Below, piece after piece: positions 40,401-54,790 of a DNA stretch of 64,000 bases. Source of the stretch: Eledone cirrhosa (lineage: Eukaryota). How positions within the stretch are numbered: position 1 is the stretch's first letter; every line of letters begins with the position of its first letter. The DNA is taken from contig OZ024755.1 of NCBI GenBank assembly GCA_964016885.1, forward strand, positions 14,074,001 through 14,138,000, given 5' to 3'. A program made the translations under genes and the position numbers. The notes under the pieces are model-generated. The model ran no database searches and was not told the DNA's origin. It saw nothing but the letters and a program-made list of their open reading frames with translations.

Positions 40401-40973
40401 CAGTATGAAAACTGTTCCGAAATTGAGAGTCATTGGTTGAAGAAGAAGAAGAAGAAGAAGAAGAATTTCTAATTTATGCACAAAGCCAGTACTTTGGGGG
40501 AGGGGAAAGTCGATTGAATCGATTCCAGTGCGTGACTGGTACTTTATTTTATTGACCTCGTAAGGGTGAAAGGCAAAGCTTACTTCGGCAGGATTTGAAC
40601 TCAGAACGAAAAAGGACCGTAACTCTAAGCCGCAAAGCATGTTGTCCGACGCTCTATCGATACTGCCGTAACAACAACACAACATCTGTTGATGGTGGTG
40701 CTCCAGTATGAACATGGCCGTTGTAATTAAAACAGACTAAAGAACATAGAAATAACTTTTTTCATTCCTTTCATCTTTTTTTAGTTTGAACTTCTCTCTC
40801 TCTCTCTCTTTCTGTCTCTCTCTTTGTTTCTCTTTCTCTCTCTCTCCCTTTCTCTCCTCCTTCATGCATCACTATCTATCCATCTATCTCTCGCCCTTCC
40901 TTCTCCCACTTACTCTTCCCCTTTCTCCTCCTCTCTCGTCATCTAGCTATGTATCTATCAATATGTATGTGTC

Positions 40974-41010
<37 letters not shown>

Positions 41011-43003
41011 CTGTGTGTGTGTGTGTATGTGTGTGTGTGTGTACGCATAGATATATTGCAATATATACAGGGAAGAAGCGTAAGTGAGACATACATACAT
41101 ATGTCTTTCCTCGACACCAAAATTAGTTGTGTCCACCATTATATTAATTAAATTATATTTCATTAATGAACAGTCGTGTGTGTGTGTACGTGTATGTGTA
41201 TGCATATGTGTGTGTCTGTATCTCTGTGTGTATGTGTGTCTATCCACGGTACGACACGGTCATTTCACCTCATTAACATCGTCAATACCCACGAGGAAGA
41301 CACCGGTCACTCTATACTTCCAATTTCATCATATACATTGTCTTTATAACAAGCCAACGAAGGAGGCTTGGTTTACTAGAAATAGTACAAAAATATACCT
41401 CAAATAATACACTACAGTCTTGAAAAAGTCGTGGCATATTGACTAATACAATACACCTTTATATAGTAAAAGTAATGGCTTCTGATTTTAGGTACAAGGC
41501 TAACAATTTTGAGGTTAGGGAAAGTCGATTAAATCGACCCCAGTGCGTTATTGGTACTTTATTTTATCAACCCCGTAAAGACGAAAGGTAAAGCTATCCT
41601 CGGTGGAATTTGAACTCAGAATGTAAAGGGCCGTAACTATATGCTGCAAAAAATGTCTGCGTTTGTTCATAGATATTTAGACCTAGGGTTAAACATAAAT
41701 GGCTTCTGATTTAGGCACACTGCCAACAATTTTGGGGGAGGAGAAAGTCTATTAAATCTACCCCAGTGCGGTACTGGTACTTTATTTTATCGATCTCATA
41801 AGGATGACAGGCAAAGCTAACCTCAGAGGGATTTGAACTCAGAATGATGTCCGGCGGGATTTGACAACAGCATGTTGTCCGATGCTCTAACTATACTGCC
41901 CATCCACTGCCTTTTATAGTTATGTGTCTGGGAAATAACTTGATGGTCATGGCCGGAACGCCTTTGTTCATATGTCTGCTGAATCAGGGGTGACCTGGGC
42001 TTAAATAAACAACAATATAATTTTAATATTGAATGTAATCTTATTTGAAATCACAAAACTTTCAAATATTCTAAATCTCGAAGTCATTCATAAGAAAGAA
42101 CAGCTAGATAAATACTGTTTCATTGAATGTCTTTAATTAGCTTATTTTATTTAATTGTTTCTGTGATTTGACACTTTCATTGAAGTCTAGATGTGTCTGG
42201 AGTTTACTAATTTAACTGGCATAATACCAAAGTATTTTGCCAAAAATTGCAGTGCCTTAATATGTTTAGACGAAAACAGCAAAACCCCCGCTGCAACTTG
42301 ATCATTTAAAAACAGAATTGACTGTCCTCCGTTAATTCTATGATTGTATAATGTAATGTATAGTAGTAGCAATCTTGAGTTTTGTGTGATGAGTTTTATT
42401 TTGATTTTTAATAAAATTTTATTTTAAAATTATTTTTGTTTTCTATAAGAATAAATGAAATAAATTATTTCCCTAAAACAATTTGTTTAATCTAATGTAT
42501 TATTACAATTAAGGTGGTGAGAATTGTCTCTAAAATATAAGTATGAATTCCGTGATTTTTGGAAAATTGTGTAAGGCTTTCGCGACAAAACGAGTTCGTA
42601 AACCACTGGTACAGTTCGTAGCTTCTCAACCTAACGACATTTGGTCTTCAAAAACCGTCTATGAGTGCTAAAATTAACCAATATATGTTCTAAAGGTGTG
42701 ACAAAGTGGGTGTGGTAAGAGCTAGTGTTACGGGCCAGAATGTCGTTGCAGGATTCGCTATAATTCCACCGTAGTACGATGAAACTTTTAATGATACTCC
42801 AACCATTTGTGGATTGGCAGAATTGGTAGGGCATCGGATTAAATACCATTGCGGTATTTGATCTGGATCTTTACATTCTGAATTCAAATACTACTAAAGT
42901 CAACTTTGATATTTTATTCTTCAAAGATCAATAAAATAAAGTACCAACCAAGTACTAAGGTTGACTCAATTAGCTTTGCCTTTTCTCCAAATTTACTGGC
43001 CTT
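38770..43003. mobile_element. Cluster of SINE family A copies: ~38770 (-), 39388 (+), 39668 (-), 39872 (-), 40466 (-), 41478 (-), 41702 (-), 42812 (+)
   Basis: Repeated A/B boxes, central tttcatcc..gtcgataaaataaagtaccag and 3' aattgctggccttgtgcctaaa(t/c)tagaaa. Confidence 0.8.
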
Positions 43004-44176
43004 GGAGAGAGAGAGGGGGATAGACACTACATCCCAGTCTGAGCGGTGCTTCAGCCATGCTCTGCGGACAAAATGGCAAAGGCATACCGCGGAGAATGGC
43101 TAGAGTCACTCGCAGCAATAGCCGCCCCACTACAGGGGCTTCTTCCTCAAACAGACCGCCGTATTTCCGGAGGAAAATTGAGGAAATTAGCAGTGCCGGA
43201 ACCAAGGACACCAGAGGTCTCGACGGTAACCGGTACAAAGAGGAAGCAGTCGGTCAGACCCCTGTGAGTTGAATCAGCATGACACGACATCACAGCATAT
43301 GATAGGACTGAACCTTTCACTTACAGGTACAGTCCATCCTATAGCCTTCTATCCAGCTTCAGTCTACCTAATTTCCTTCACAAAACCGTAGTTGAGCAGA
43401 CTCTAGGATCAAACCTGGAACCTCATGAGAGTGATGTGAACCTTTTAACAACTCAGTCAGACAGTAGTTGACAAGACATCACTTATTTTAAACTACAGAC
43501 ATGTTATTACTTTACTCGAGGTCAGTGATTTTTGGAAAAACATCGTATTCGATGATGTGAAGTTTGATGAAGGACCGAATGTATTTTAGTAAATCAAAGT
43601 CGACATACAGATATTTTTTTCTGCTTTCATTCGGACTTTGTCAATATCAATAAACTATTATACATTTGATTGTTTTGGGGGGAGGGGGTTGTTTTGTTTT
43701 GTATTGTTTTTTGTTTTTCACTTTTAATCATGTTCATTTGTTTTGCTTTGACACACGCTTTTTTATTGTTATCATCATTATTTATTGTTGATATTATTAT
43801 TAATAGTAATATCGTTATAAGTAAATAAATACATAATAAATACATAAGAAAAATTATCATTATTATCATCATCATCATCATCATCATCATCATAGACATT
43901 GCAGTCATCACTATCATCACCACCAACATCATCTTTATCATCATCACCATCAACATCTCCACCATCATCATCACCATCATCATCACCATTATTACAGTTG
44001 TCATTATAATAGTAATAATCATGTGTTTTATTGGCCGCAAGGGCCTCAGACGTTGGAAACAGTGCAGAAGCGAAACGAAGGAAAATAAATAGGAAACCAA
44101 GACCCAAGACACAGTAGGAATGAGGTTGAAATGGAGTAGAAGGGTTGAGTTTAGCAATAACAATAAGGATGCCGTA

Positions 44177-44389
44177 AGGTGGATTAGCAGTATCGGTAGA
44201 ACGTCGGACAACATGCTTTCCAGCATAGAGTCACGACCCTTTACGGTCTGAGTTCAAATCCCGCCAAGGTTAGCTTTGCCTTTCTTCCTTACGGGAGTCG
44301 ATAAAATAAAGCACCAGTAATGCACTGGGGGCGTTTAATCGACGTTTCCCTCCCATTCAAATTGCTGGTCTTGTGTCCAAAGTAGACAC
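44177..44389 (+). mobile_element. SINE family A, near full length
   Basis: All consensus blocks present, followed by an (ATT)n tail. Confidence 0.88.
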
Positions 44390-45844
44390 AATTATTATTA
44401 TTATTATTATTGTTATTACCATTTTGTATTAGTAATTTAGTCTGACACAGATCGTTCCAGAAAAAAATCATATGAAGCAATCAAGGTTATTAGTAAATTA
44501 TCAACAAACGTTAATATACAGTAATGGAAGTAACAGTGATGAATTAATAGAAAGAGAAGAGAGCTTGACTAAATCGTTGTAATTCAAATACAACCAGGAT
44601 TGACGCAACAATTAGGCCAACTAGGCAGTCACATAAGAAACAAGATTCAAAACGACGCATTATTTACCTTAAAGGATCACCTTTTTATTCAAATTTATGT
44701 GATTAAATTGATGGTTTCATGCCATCAATAGATATATCATTAAACACCTTTGCCACGTAGCATCGTTGTGGGAATATACAAAATAGTGGAAAGGGTCGTA
44801 TAGTGTTATGACCTGTCATATGATTTGATGTAGGTTAGTGTTGACTGACTAATAGAATATATAGGCTTAGTAATTTTCTTGATGTGGTCAGAGTAAGACC
44901 CAAACACAACGTTTCTCAGCTTGTTAAACTGTAAGTTGGAATTATTTTATTTAGGAGAATGGAGTGCATAACTAGAAGAGACGGGTATTGTAGGGTTAGT
45001 CTAGGGTGGTCCTGGCGTTGTTCCTACACTATACGCCAGTATTCGCTCAGCATCACTATCACACTCCATTTTTTTCTTTTGAAAAAGGGTTAAACCCCGA
45101 AATATGAAATACAAGGTAAAATTGTAAACTGTTATTTTGTTTTTCTTACTTTACTTTAGTTTTTACTATTGTATTTCTAACTTGCATTGTACCAAAACAA
45201 TCCTAACTACACAATGCTTCATATAAACTATACTGCTTAATACAAATTTATGTTGCTGTTATTTTATTTTTATTTTTTTGTGGATGAATTCTCTCTCTAA
45301 AACAATTCATTGTTTCATTTAACATCTTAATAAAATCATAATGGGGTGGTGGAAGTTGTCTGTAAAATACTAACATCTGTTCTGAGTTTTCTGAAAAAAC
45401 GTGTTAGAGTTCCATAGTAAAATATTTGAAAACCACAGATCAGTAGCGTAGTATGAATTGTCAGGAGCAAGGCAAGCATTGCGCCCCCTAACTCATGGAC
45501 TATTTGCATTCCCTGAGACCCATCCACCCAGTCTAGTATTGAATCCCTAGCCATCAATCATATGTATTATTAAAGTACCGATGTAATTAAAATAAAATGT
45601 TTAATGCTACAATACACAAATTCATTTTAAATCGCCTGGTTTTAATGTGTGCAAAATGTTCACCGATAACGATTACATGAGCACAGTATGGTTGTAATTA
45701 GCGAGAAAAATACTTTAAAATGTTACTTAGCAACGATTTGTCGCAGTCATATTGAAAAGCTGTGTAGAATGTTCGAATATTGGGAGATTTTCTGTGTAAG
45801 GAGGAGAGGGTGCTGTTTTTTTTTATTATTATTTCTATTTATTA

Positions 45845-46040
45845 AGGGCGTTGGACTGACAGTATCGGTAAAGCGTCGGACATTATGCTTCGTGGCATAG
45901 AGTTACAGCCCTTTACGTTCTGATTTAAAATCCCACCGAGGTTAGCTTTGCTTTTTATCCTTATCGGGTCGATAAAAATAAAGCACCGATAACCTACTGG
46001 GGTTGATTCACAAAATTGCTGGCCTGCCTAAATCAGAAAC
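45845..46040 (+). mobile_element. SINE family A
   Basis: Consensus blocks present. Confidence 0.85.
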
Positions 46041-46229
46041 TATTATTTCTACTTTTTTTTTCTTTAAAAAAAAATTGTGCTATTAAGACTCTTTCACCCA
46101 GGGCAACCGTCCATGTAGCCCCACTCATGTTACATTATTACCTATGATATAGTCTACCCATTAATAAACTACAAATAGAAATTAGACGAGGTAACGAAAA
46201 TGAGGAAGAAGGGAAGTAGACGAAACTAT

Positions 46230-46525
46230 GGGGAAATAGGAGGAGTAGATAAATAAAAAGGTGGAGTGAATAAATAACGAAGAGAAATTGGGAGGAATAA
46301 ATTAGTATCAAGGGGGAGGGGGAGTAGGCGGAGTTAATGAATAAAAAGAAAGTGGACGGAGTAAATAAATAAGAAGAAAGTGGGCGGAGTAAATAAATAA
46401 GAAATAGGTGGAGTATATAAATAAGAAGTAGGCGGAGTATATATATATATAAGAAGTAGACAGAGTATATAAATCAGAAGTAGACGGAGTATATAAATAA
46501 GAAGTAGACGGAGTATATAAATAAG
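46230..46525. repeat. ~24-bp minisatellite
   Basis: gaagtagacggagtatataaataa units. Confidence 0.8.
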
Positions 46526-47159
46526 GAGGGCAATCTAGGATTAAATGATTAACAAAGTGACATTAGGAGGAGTAAAGGATATAACAAGCGGAAAGTAGGA
46601 GGAGTAAATGGTTTCTAATTAAGGCACATGATCAGCAATTGGGGGGGGGGGGGGGTACATAAATTATATGAGTGAAAATTGGGTAGTAATGGTGGTGGTG
46701 CTGGTGGTGGTGATGATGATGGCGGTGGCGGTAATGGTGATTGCGACGATCATAGTGATGATGATGGCATTGATGGTGACGCTGATGGTAATAGTGGCGG
46801 TGATGGTGATGATGATTGTGATGGTAAAGGTGATGGTGATGGTGGTGGTGGTGGTGATGGTGGTAGTGATGGTGGAGGTAGCAGTGATGGTGCCAGTCAT
46901 TGTAGTGATGGTTATGGTGGCGGTGACGACAGCGACGACGAGGAGAAACGTTCAAATTTCACCGAATTATAAATAAATAACTTATTCCTTAACTATTTTA
47001 AATTTCCTATCAGACTAACGGATCAATTTATTATCAGATAATCCGTAATATTATCTGTTCAATTATCTGATAGGCTTGTTTAATGTGATTTCACTGATAA
47101 TGTATTGATCTGGAGCGACATTAGCTAAAGAAACGATGTTTGACTGTAGCAAGAAGATG

Positions 47160-47550
47160 GAGATTTTCAGGGAGAGAATAATTGAGATTTTATTATAGTT
47201 ATTGGATTTGGATTACTGGGAGAGTAACAACAATAATTGAGGGGATAGAGAGCAATTAACTGAAGAGATAGGGAACAGTGAGAGAGTAACATCACTAATT
47301 GAGGGGATAGGGAGCATTTTCAGATCAATGGGAGAGTAACAAGAGTAATTGTGAGGATAGCGAGCAATTTCAGTATCAGTGGGAGAGTTAGAACAGTAAT
47401 TGAGGGGATAGCAATCATTTTAGATCAATGACAAAGTAACAACAGTAATTGAAGGGATAGCCATCATTTCATGTATGGCTAAGGGAGTTATTGGTTTCAA
47501 TATCATTGGTAGGATAAGGACATTAATTGAGAGGATAAGAAGTATTTGGG
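47160..47550. repeat. ~51-60-bp minisatellite
   Basis: gggagagtaacaacagtaattgaggggatag units. Confidence 0.8.
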
Positions 47551-48279
47551 AAAGCAACAACACTAACTGTACTGTCTTAAATAACAATAACAGCAGTAGC
47601 AGAAGAAGGAGTGACAACAGCAGCAAGGGCAGCAGTAGCTATGTTGTTTTATTACATACAGCAGAGGTTAACACCAACAACAACACTAATACCACCACCA
47701 ACAACCTCATTAGTACTAGCAAAACCACAAACACAACACCGCCAACACGAACACCACCAACACCAAGACCACCAACAACACCACCGACACCAACACCACC
47801 AACACCACCAACACCACCAACACCAGCACCACCAACACCAACAATACCAACAAAAGCACCACCAACACCAATACCACCAACACCAACACCACCAACACCA
47901 ACAATAGTTCCAACAAAAACAACATCATCATCAACAAATCAACAACACCAACAGTAACAATAACAACAACACCTGCCTAGCAATATATATCATCTTGTGG
48001 TGCCAACAAACATTGGTATCAATATTCTAAATACTTGTAAAAATATCGAAATATTGATTAATTTATCAGGTATGAAGCTTCATTGTATTTCAGGTTTTAG
48101 CTTTGTATCTTCACCGAAGATTGGGTATTTGGATTATTTTATGTCACATTACTGACGATAATTTAAAAATATATACAACTGACACTCGCAATCGCGTATG
48201 ACTTGGAAGTATATACCATGTTTTCACTGAGGGTTATAGGTACCCAAGCAGTCACGGGTAGACACGATATCCTTTAGAC

Positions 48280-48454
48280 CAGTGTTACTCAACCGGTGTT
48301 CCCTGGATCCATAGGGTTCTGCAAGTGGTCGCCAGGGTTTCTGCAAAAAACAGAAAAATAGATAGATATTAATATTGGTATATAATAACTTTTATGTATG
48401 AATTCTTTGAAGATTTCAAGGGTTCAACAAGGGTAAAATGGTTGAGAAACGCAG
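48280..48454. mobile_element. hAT (Charlie-like) MITE
   Basis: TIRs cagtgttactcaacc / ggttgagaaacgcag. Degenerate 8-bp flanks ctttagac / ctcaggac. Confidence 0.6.
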
Positions 48455-48516
48455 CTCAGGACCCTTTCTATCGTGGAACATCCAGGATATGGTCACTGGA
48501 AGTTGAGAAGGCTTCA

Positions 48517-49190
48517 CCAGTTCTGGGCTGGTACTTTCTTCATCAACCCTGAAAGAGTGAAAAGCAAAGTAGACCACTGTGGGATTTGAACTCAAAGACC
48601 CGGAACAAATATCCAATGCTCTAACGACTCTGACAAGTTGACCGCCTTGTTACTGACAATGTATGTATGGACCTATGACTCTTGAGGAAGTCGTAGGTGC
48701 GCCATATTAACATACGGTGTTTCTTGAGCATGTTAAGCCTGGCGGAGCCCATCTCCTCTCCACGTCTAAACACAGCAGAGAAGGATAGAGAATGAGAGAA
48801 TGGAAGTGAAAAAGAGTTATAGAGGAAGAAATGACCCCAGTTTAGACAGATACATGTTTTATCGACCTCAAAAGGATGAAAGGAAAAGTTAACTTTGGGA
48901 GGATTTTTAACTGAGAGTAGAGAACCGGAACAAATGCCGCAAAGCATTCTATCCGACGTTCCAATGACTCTGCCAATTCGTCGTCTAGTGATTGTTTATA
49001 TTATATTAATTTCTAATTTTGACACAAGAACAATATATGTGAGGGAAGGGCAAAGTACTTGACTGCTCCTTTATTTATCGACCATGGAAGGATGAAAGAC
49101 AAAGATAACCTCGTCGGGATTTGAACACACAATACAAAGAGCCGGAATGAATACAGGAAAGCACTCTAATGACTCTACCAATTCGTCGCC
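48517..49190 (-). mobile_element. Three partial SINE family A copies in tandem
   Basis: Three occurrences of gatgaaag..aaagt..ggatttgaac..ccggaacaaat..gactctgccaattcg-like blocks. Confidence 0.75.
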
Positions 49191-50174
49191 TTGTTACTGA
49201 CAATAACATCTGTTAATTCTTCTCTCCAGACATTTCTTTAACTATTTTGTCTTTGTACGTGAAAAACAAATATTTTCTCTGATAACAAAGAAATACAACA
49301 ATGATATTAAGAATCCATTATCTAGATTATCTCGTCTCCGTCTTCTTGGGCAAGTTCCATTTACAATAGCATCGGGTTAACCCATGCCTTGAAAATGAAA
49401 ATGGGTAGATGGAAACTGTTTGGAAGGCCGTTGGATAGAGTGTAACTAATTCAAAGATTCAGCCTTGTCATACACTGTGGCATGCTAAATCTCACTGAGG
49501 ATTACGTTATGGGTAGACATGCCTGTGGAATGCTCAGCCATATACACGTTCATTTTCTTAGCAAGCATTTCCGTTAATCGAACAACTGGAATTGGAAACT
49601 CATCGTTGAAATCAAGTGAGGACCATTCCATCCATCTATCTGATAGCCAGATTAATATATTACTTAAGTTAAAAAGTTAGCGTCCTAAACCCAGAGACTC
49701 ATCATGCCGTTGTTTATTCAGGAGTCATTGGCGTAAAATTTTCTCGGTGGACAGAACGCTAATCCATCGCAGAGTTAACCCTATGTTAATTTTCATACCT
49801 ACTTTTTTTTATTTATAATTACATTTATTTTATTTTATTCTTTTGCTGTTCCATTGATCGAATAACTGACAGTCATCGTCGAAACCGATGGAGGTTCATT
49901 CCGTCCTGAGAAAATTGAACTTGATTTCCGTGCTGTAAAGCGTGTTGTAGCATCAACTTAGTCAATAGATTAACATTAATGATATTGTGTTACATAAGAA
50001 AAAAGAAAGACAATAACCAAAAAGAAGAAGAAGAAGAAATAAGAGTGACAAAGAAATAGCAATAATATTGGACAAAAACTGAGTAATTAATGCAAGGCAG
50101 ACTTCTTCGACAGCCAACTTGTCTGCTTACTGAGTATCACTATCTCTCCTCTATGTAATAAAATGTATATCATT

Positions 50175-50270
<96 letters not shown>

Positions 50271-50473
50271 ATGCGTGTTTATATATATATACATATGTAT
50301 AATATATATAAATATATTTACATATATATACATTTATGCATGAACATATATATATATATAAAGTGAAAGAGATAATATGTGTGTATATATATAAAGTGAA
50401 AGAGATAAAATGTATATATATATATATATTTATTATATATTTTTAATATACAAACGTATAGTTATTCATGTGT

Positions 50474-50509
<36 letters not shown>

Positions 50510-50559
50510 ATGGATGTATATATACATACATACATGTATGGATGTATATATACATACAT

Positions 50560-51150
50560 ACATACATGGTGGCTGCCAACTCGTTTTCGAGTACGGCCAC
50601 TACTTTATATCCATGTAGGAGAACCCCTACCAATGCGCTGAACGAGTGTGACTTTTTAGTCCAGCCAGCGACTTGAAAACTCTGGTACAAACACTACACT
50701 TGTGACAATTATTGACACATAGTGCTGGGCCCATGGTACCATGTGACAAGTGCAGAGAGATCTCCAGATATAAAGCAATGCCTGTGCCGTGAAGCTTTTA
50801 TAGTGAGCAAAGGCACTGCACAAAGCCAGTCCCACTCTCTTAACCAAGATGATTTTTACTAAGTCAACATCATTGGATACCATCAGGGTGGCAGGTGTTA
50901 TATCAGAGTTTTCCTTCTCCTAGAATTCTGCCTTGACAAAGGCTAAGGGGTCATCTCTCCCGGTGATTTTGGATGGCCATTGACTCTTAAGAGCTCCTTT
51001 GCCCTTTGACATGTTTTGTTTTTAGTCCTGCGGGATGTCCAAAGTAACCCTCCTCACCAAGAAATCTTGGTGGGGTTGCCAGTTTAGTCGCCAATAACCC
51101 GACTATGAAACATGTTGTACTGGGATACACGTTACCAGTAGCACCAACTG
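50560..51150 (-). mobile_element. Probable retroposon 5' region (LINE 5' UTR / SINE-like)
   Basis: GC-richer island between (TACA)n tracts containing gagttttccttctcctag..aaggcta, a motif recalled from invertebrate retroposons. No ORF. Confidence 0.35.
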
Positions 51151-52022
51151 GTGATCTGACGTACATACATACATACATATAAATACATATGTGCGTACTT
51201 GTGGGTATAAGTGTGCGTGTTTATTTACATATACATATGTGTATGCGTGTGTGTATGTGTTATATTCAATACATGACAATTTCATAAATTTGTCTTTTGT
51301 AAAGATTTTATCGTAATTTCGTATGAGTTTCTTGCAGTCTGTGTGGTAGAACAAACTTCATAAATCCAGCATCAACATTTCTAAATCTTCCTAGGCACAT
51401 CTTCAGAATGAAAACATTGAAAAATGCTCCGAAGACTCCAAACCTCGGTTTGGATGAAACAATTGTAAGCTAATAAATGGTTTGAACATATCTTTGATTC
51501 CTGGGAATTCTATATAACTGCTCTGTAGAACAACTGATGTTATTACATTGAGCTATTTATCTTACTGGTAATAAGGTAGTAATAAATTACTGTCTTTCAC
51601 TGTTTAGGGTTTAAAATATATATAACTATATAAAGTTTTAGTATATACATAACCATAAATAGTATCCTTAATACTATATATATATATATATATATATGCA
51701 TGTACCACCTACAATATGATTCATTTTAATTATTTCCATCTATTTCCTAACCTGTTGCATTCAACTTTTATAATTCAAACGCGGTAATCTTTTAGTTTCA
51801 TACAAAATTTTCTCTCCTTTTACTTTGATTATACTCTTTTTTCTTTTCTTTTTACTTTAAGCATAAAATTACCTCCCCTTATTTCCAACGGCGGTCTTTT
51901 AGTCATTTGCTCTACATTGATCTAGTTAATGTAATCATCTTCGTATGAAAGATAAGTTTATTTAAGCTGTACTTTTATGTTTATCACATTATACCGTAAT
52001 GTTCTACCTTACTTTTCTTTAA

Positions 52023-52123
<101 letters not shown>

Positions 52124-52494
52124 CGCTTCTGTGTTGGTTTCTCTGTTTATCTACTTGCGTAAATTTCGTTAAATTTCTCTAAAACACCGCCACAATTTGC
52201 TTCTTATATATTTGATCTCATATATTTATATCAAATTATAACAATGTTAGCTAAATATTCTTATAATAATCATTAAATTCGATTTTACACACAGTATAAT
52301 GTATAACACATTTTGTCTAACTTTTTCATTTACACGTATACTTATTTCAATTTTATGTCTCCTACTCCTTAGGCTCATCTTTTTTCAATGTCTAAGTATG
52401 GTTTATTTTTCAGCCTATGAACTTTTCAGCAGACCCTCGATTACAACCCCGGTACTAGATACTGAAAAGCATCCCGTTTGACTATTTAAAATTT

Positions 52495-53268
52495 CACCAA
52501 TCCATCGCAACTGGATACTTTATATATCAACCCTGAAAGGATGAAAGGCAAAGTTAACTCAATGGTATTTGAACCCAGTGCTCAAAGAACCGGAACAAAT
52601 ACCGAGATATTTAATCCGGAGCAGTGTCTAGAAGACAAAAGAGGTATTTAAATACATAATGGAAAATAGGCGAAGTTATATTAAGAAGAGATTTAATATA
52701 GATGGATATAAAAGTATTATTTTAACGTAATGTAACTTATGAATAAATGATAAATAAAATATATATATTGAATAAACGTTTTCTATAATAAACGAAATGT
52801 TTTGTTATGAGGATCAAATGAAAATATATATGTAGATAAAACAAAAAATAAATTTGGTTGTAAAAAGGTCAAATTCCAGCCCTAAACAACTTAGAATCAT
52901 TTAAAGACGACTTATTAGTATTAATTATAATTAATAAGTTAAGAAAAAAAACATCAGTTCTATTCTAAATGATATTAGCANNNNNNNNNNNNNNNNNNNN
53001 NNNNNNNNNNNNNNNNNNNNNNNNNNNNNNNNNNNNNNNNNNNNNNNNNNNNNNNNNNNNNNNNNNNNNNNNNNNNNNNNNNNNNNNNNNNNNNNNNNNN
53101 NNNNNNNNNNNNNNNNNNNNNNNNNNNNNNNNNNNNNNNNNNNNNNNNNNNNNNNNNNNNNNNNNNNNNNNNNNNNNNNNCGTCATTCTACCAGATATAT
53201 CAATCCTTCACAAACACATACAGAAACCATTTGCAATGCACGTACACACACATATACATACATTCATG

Positions 53269-53303
<35 letters not shown>

Positions 53304-54790
53304 TCGTTTAGCCCATTAGTTAGAGCAGTAAGCTGGTAACTGAAAGCTGTGACCGCTGGCTACTTTTTCCTTTATTTTTAAGTCATGTATAGCAAACTAC
53401 TGTATTTACAGCTATTTTCTGCATTTGAGTTTCTTGCATTTTCTATGACCCTTATAATCTCTCTCCACTTCGAAAGTTCGAACCTTGAATACTACACACA
53501 CATATATTAATATAGAGAGAGAGAGTCTTCGGTGCTGAGACCAAGGAGACCACTAATCATGTGAGTACTCGATACATGGGGAGATGCAGAGTGGGTATAT
53601 AAATATGTAAAATCACAACCGCGGCGCAATGCCACCAATTTTAGGGGAGGGAAAAGTAAATCAAATCGACTCATACTTTATTTTATTGACCCCGGAAGGA
53701 TGAAAGGCAAAGTTAACCTCGGTGCGATTCGAACTCAGAATGTAAAGAACCAGAACAAATATCACAATGGCATTTTATTCGACCTTCTATCAATTTTTCC
53801 AATCCACCACCTGATAAATATTGAAAGTATATCTATAATTTTGTAAAAACAATTACAGCTGAAGCCCATATACATTTTGTTGTCAACTTCCTTGAAGCTG
53901 CATTTAATGTAGACAACATTCAATATGCATCTTACAAGAAAATGTGCATATTATGCACCTTTCAATGAAAAGCTGCTATATATTTACAAGTTATCTAAGC
54001 ACCTAAACAATATAATTAAAAAATTGGATTAAAATTTATTCTTAATGGCTAATTTATCTTCTAATGAACAGCTTTTCAACAATATATTCAACTTTTATAA
54101 TGAAGCATTTAGCTAAAGGGATTACTCAGAAAAAGTAATGCTATTTTAATACCTATTCAATGTAGAGTTTTAATTATAATTTGGTATAATCCATCATTCA
54201 ACTTATTTATCATACAGTTCATTTTCATTAACAATAATAACAATTAATATGTACTTTAGCAATACGTTATCTTTGAAAATACACCATAGTATATGATAAA
54301 TTGACAATATAGATGTAACTTATGTTGTTGTTCTTCTTCTTCTTCTCCTCCTTCTCTGGGAAGGGTTGGGTTAGTACTTTACTTATCAACCACGAAAATA
54401 TTGTGATTCGAACGCAGGAGGTGGGGCTGGAATAAATACCGTGTTATTTAATCCAACGCTTTAACGACTTGGCCAATATTTAAATTATTGTACATGTGTT
54501 CGTCCTACTATAACATAGTTTTCAACCATTTCTAATAGATCACCACTTCACATTCCCAACGACTACTCGAGACTAAACAATTTTATATTTCATAATCTAT
54601 ATTTCAATATATTTTCATATCCTGAGTTGGTAACAACTTACTGTTATTTGTTTTCTATCTGGTAAGTTTGTAGAATGCTTGACTATATTTGTTTGGGATC
54701 TCTGTACTCCGAGTTCGAATCTTGCCGAGGTTAACTTCGTTTTTTTCATCCTTTCGGTGTTGATAAATAAATTACCTCTCCAGTACTATG
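52495..54790. mobile_element. Degraded SINE family A copies at ~52495 (-), 53632 (-), 54370 (-), 54670 (+)
   Basis: Central domain and B box remnants. Confidence 0.65.
52981..53180. other. Assembly gap (200 N)
   Basis: Run of N. Confidence 1.

Noticed and set aside
52965-53289. ORFs spanning X residues
   Set aside because: Artefact of the 200-N gap.
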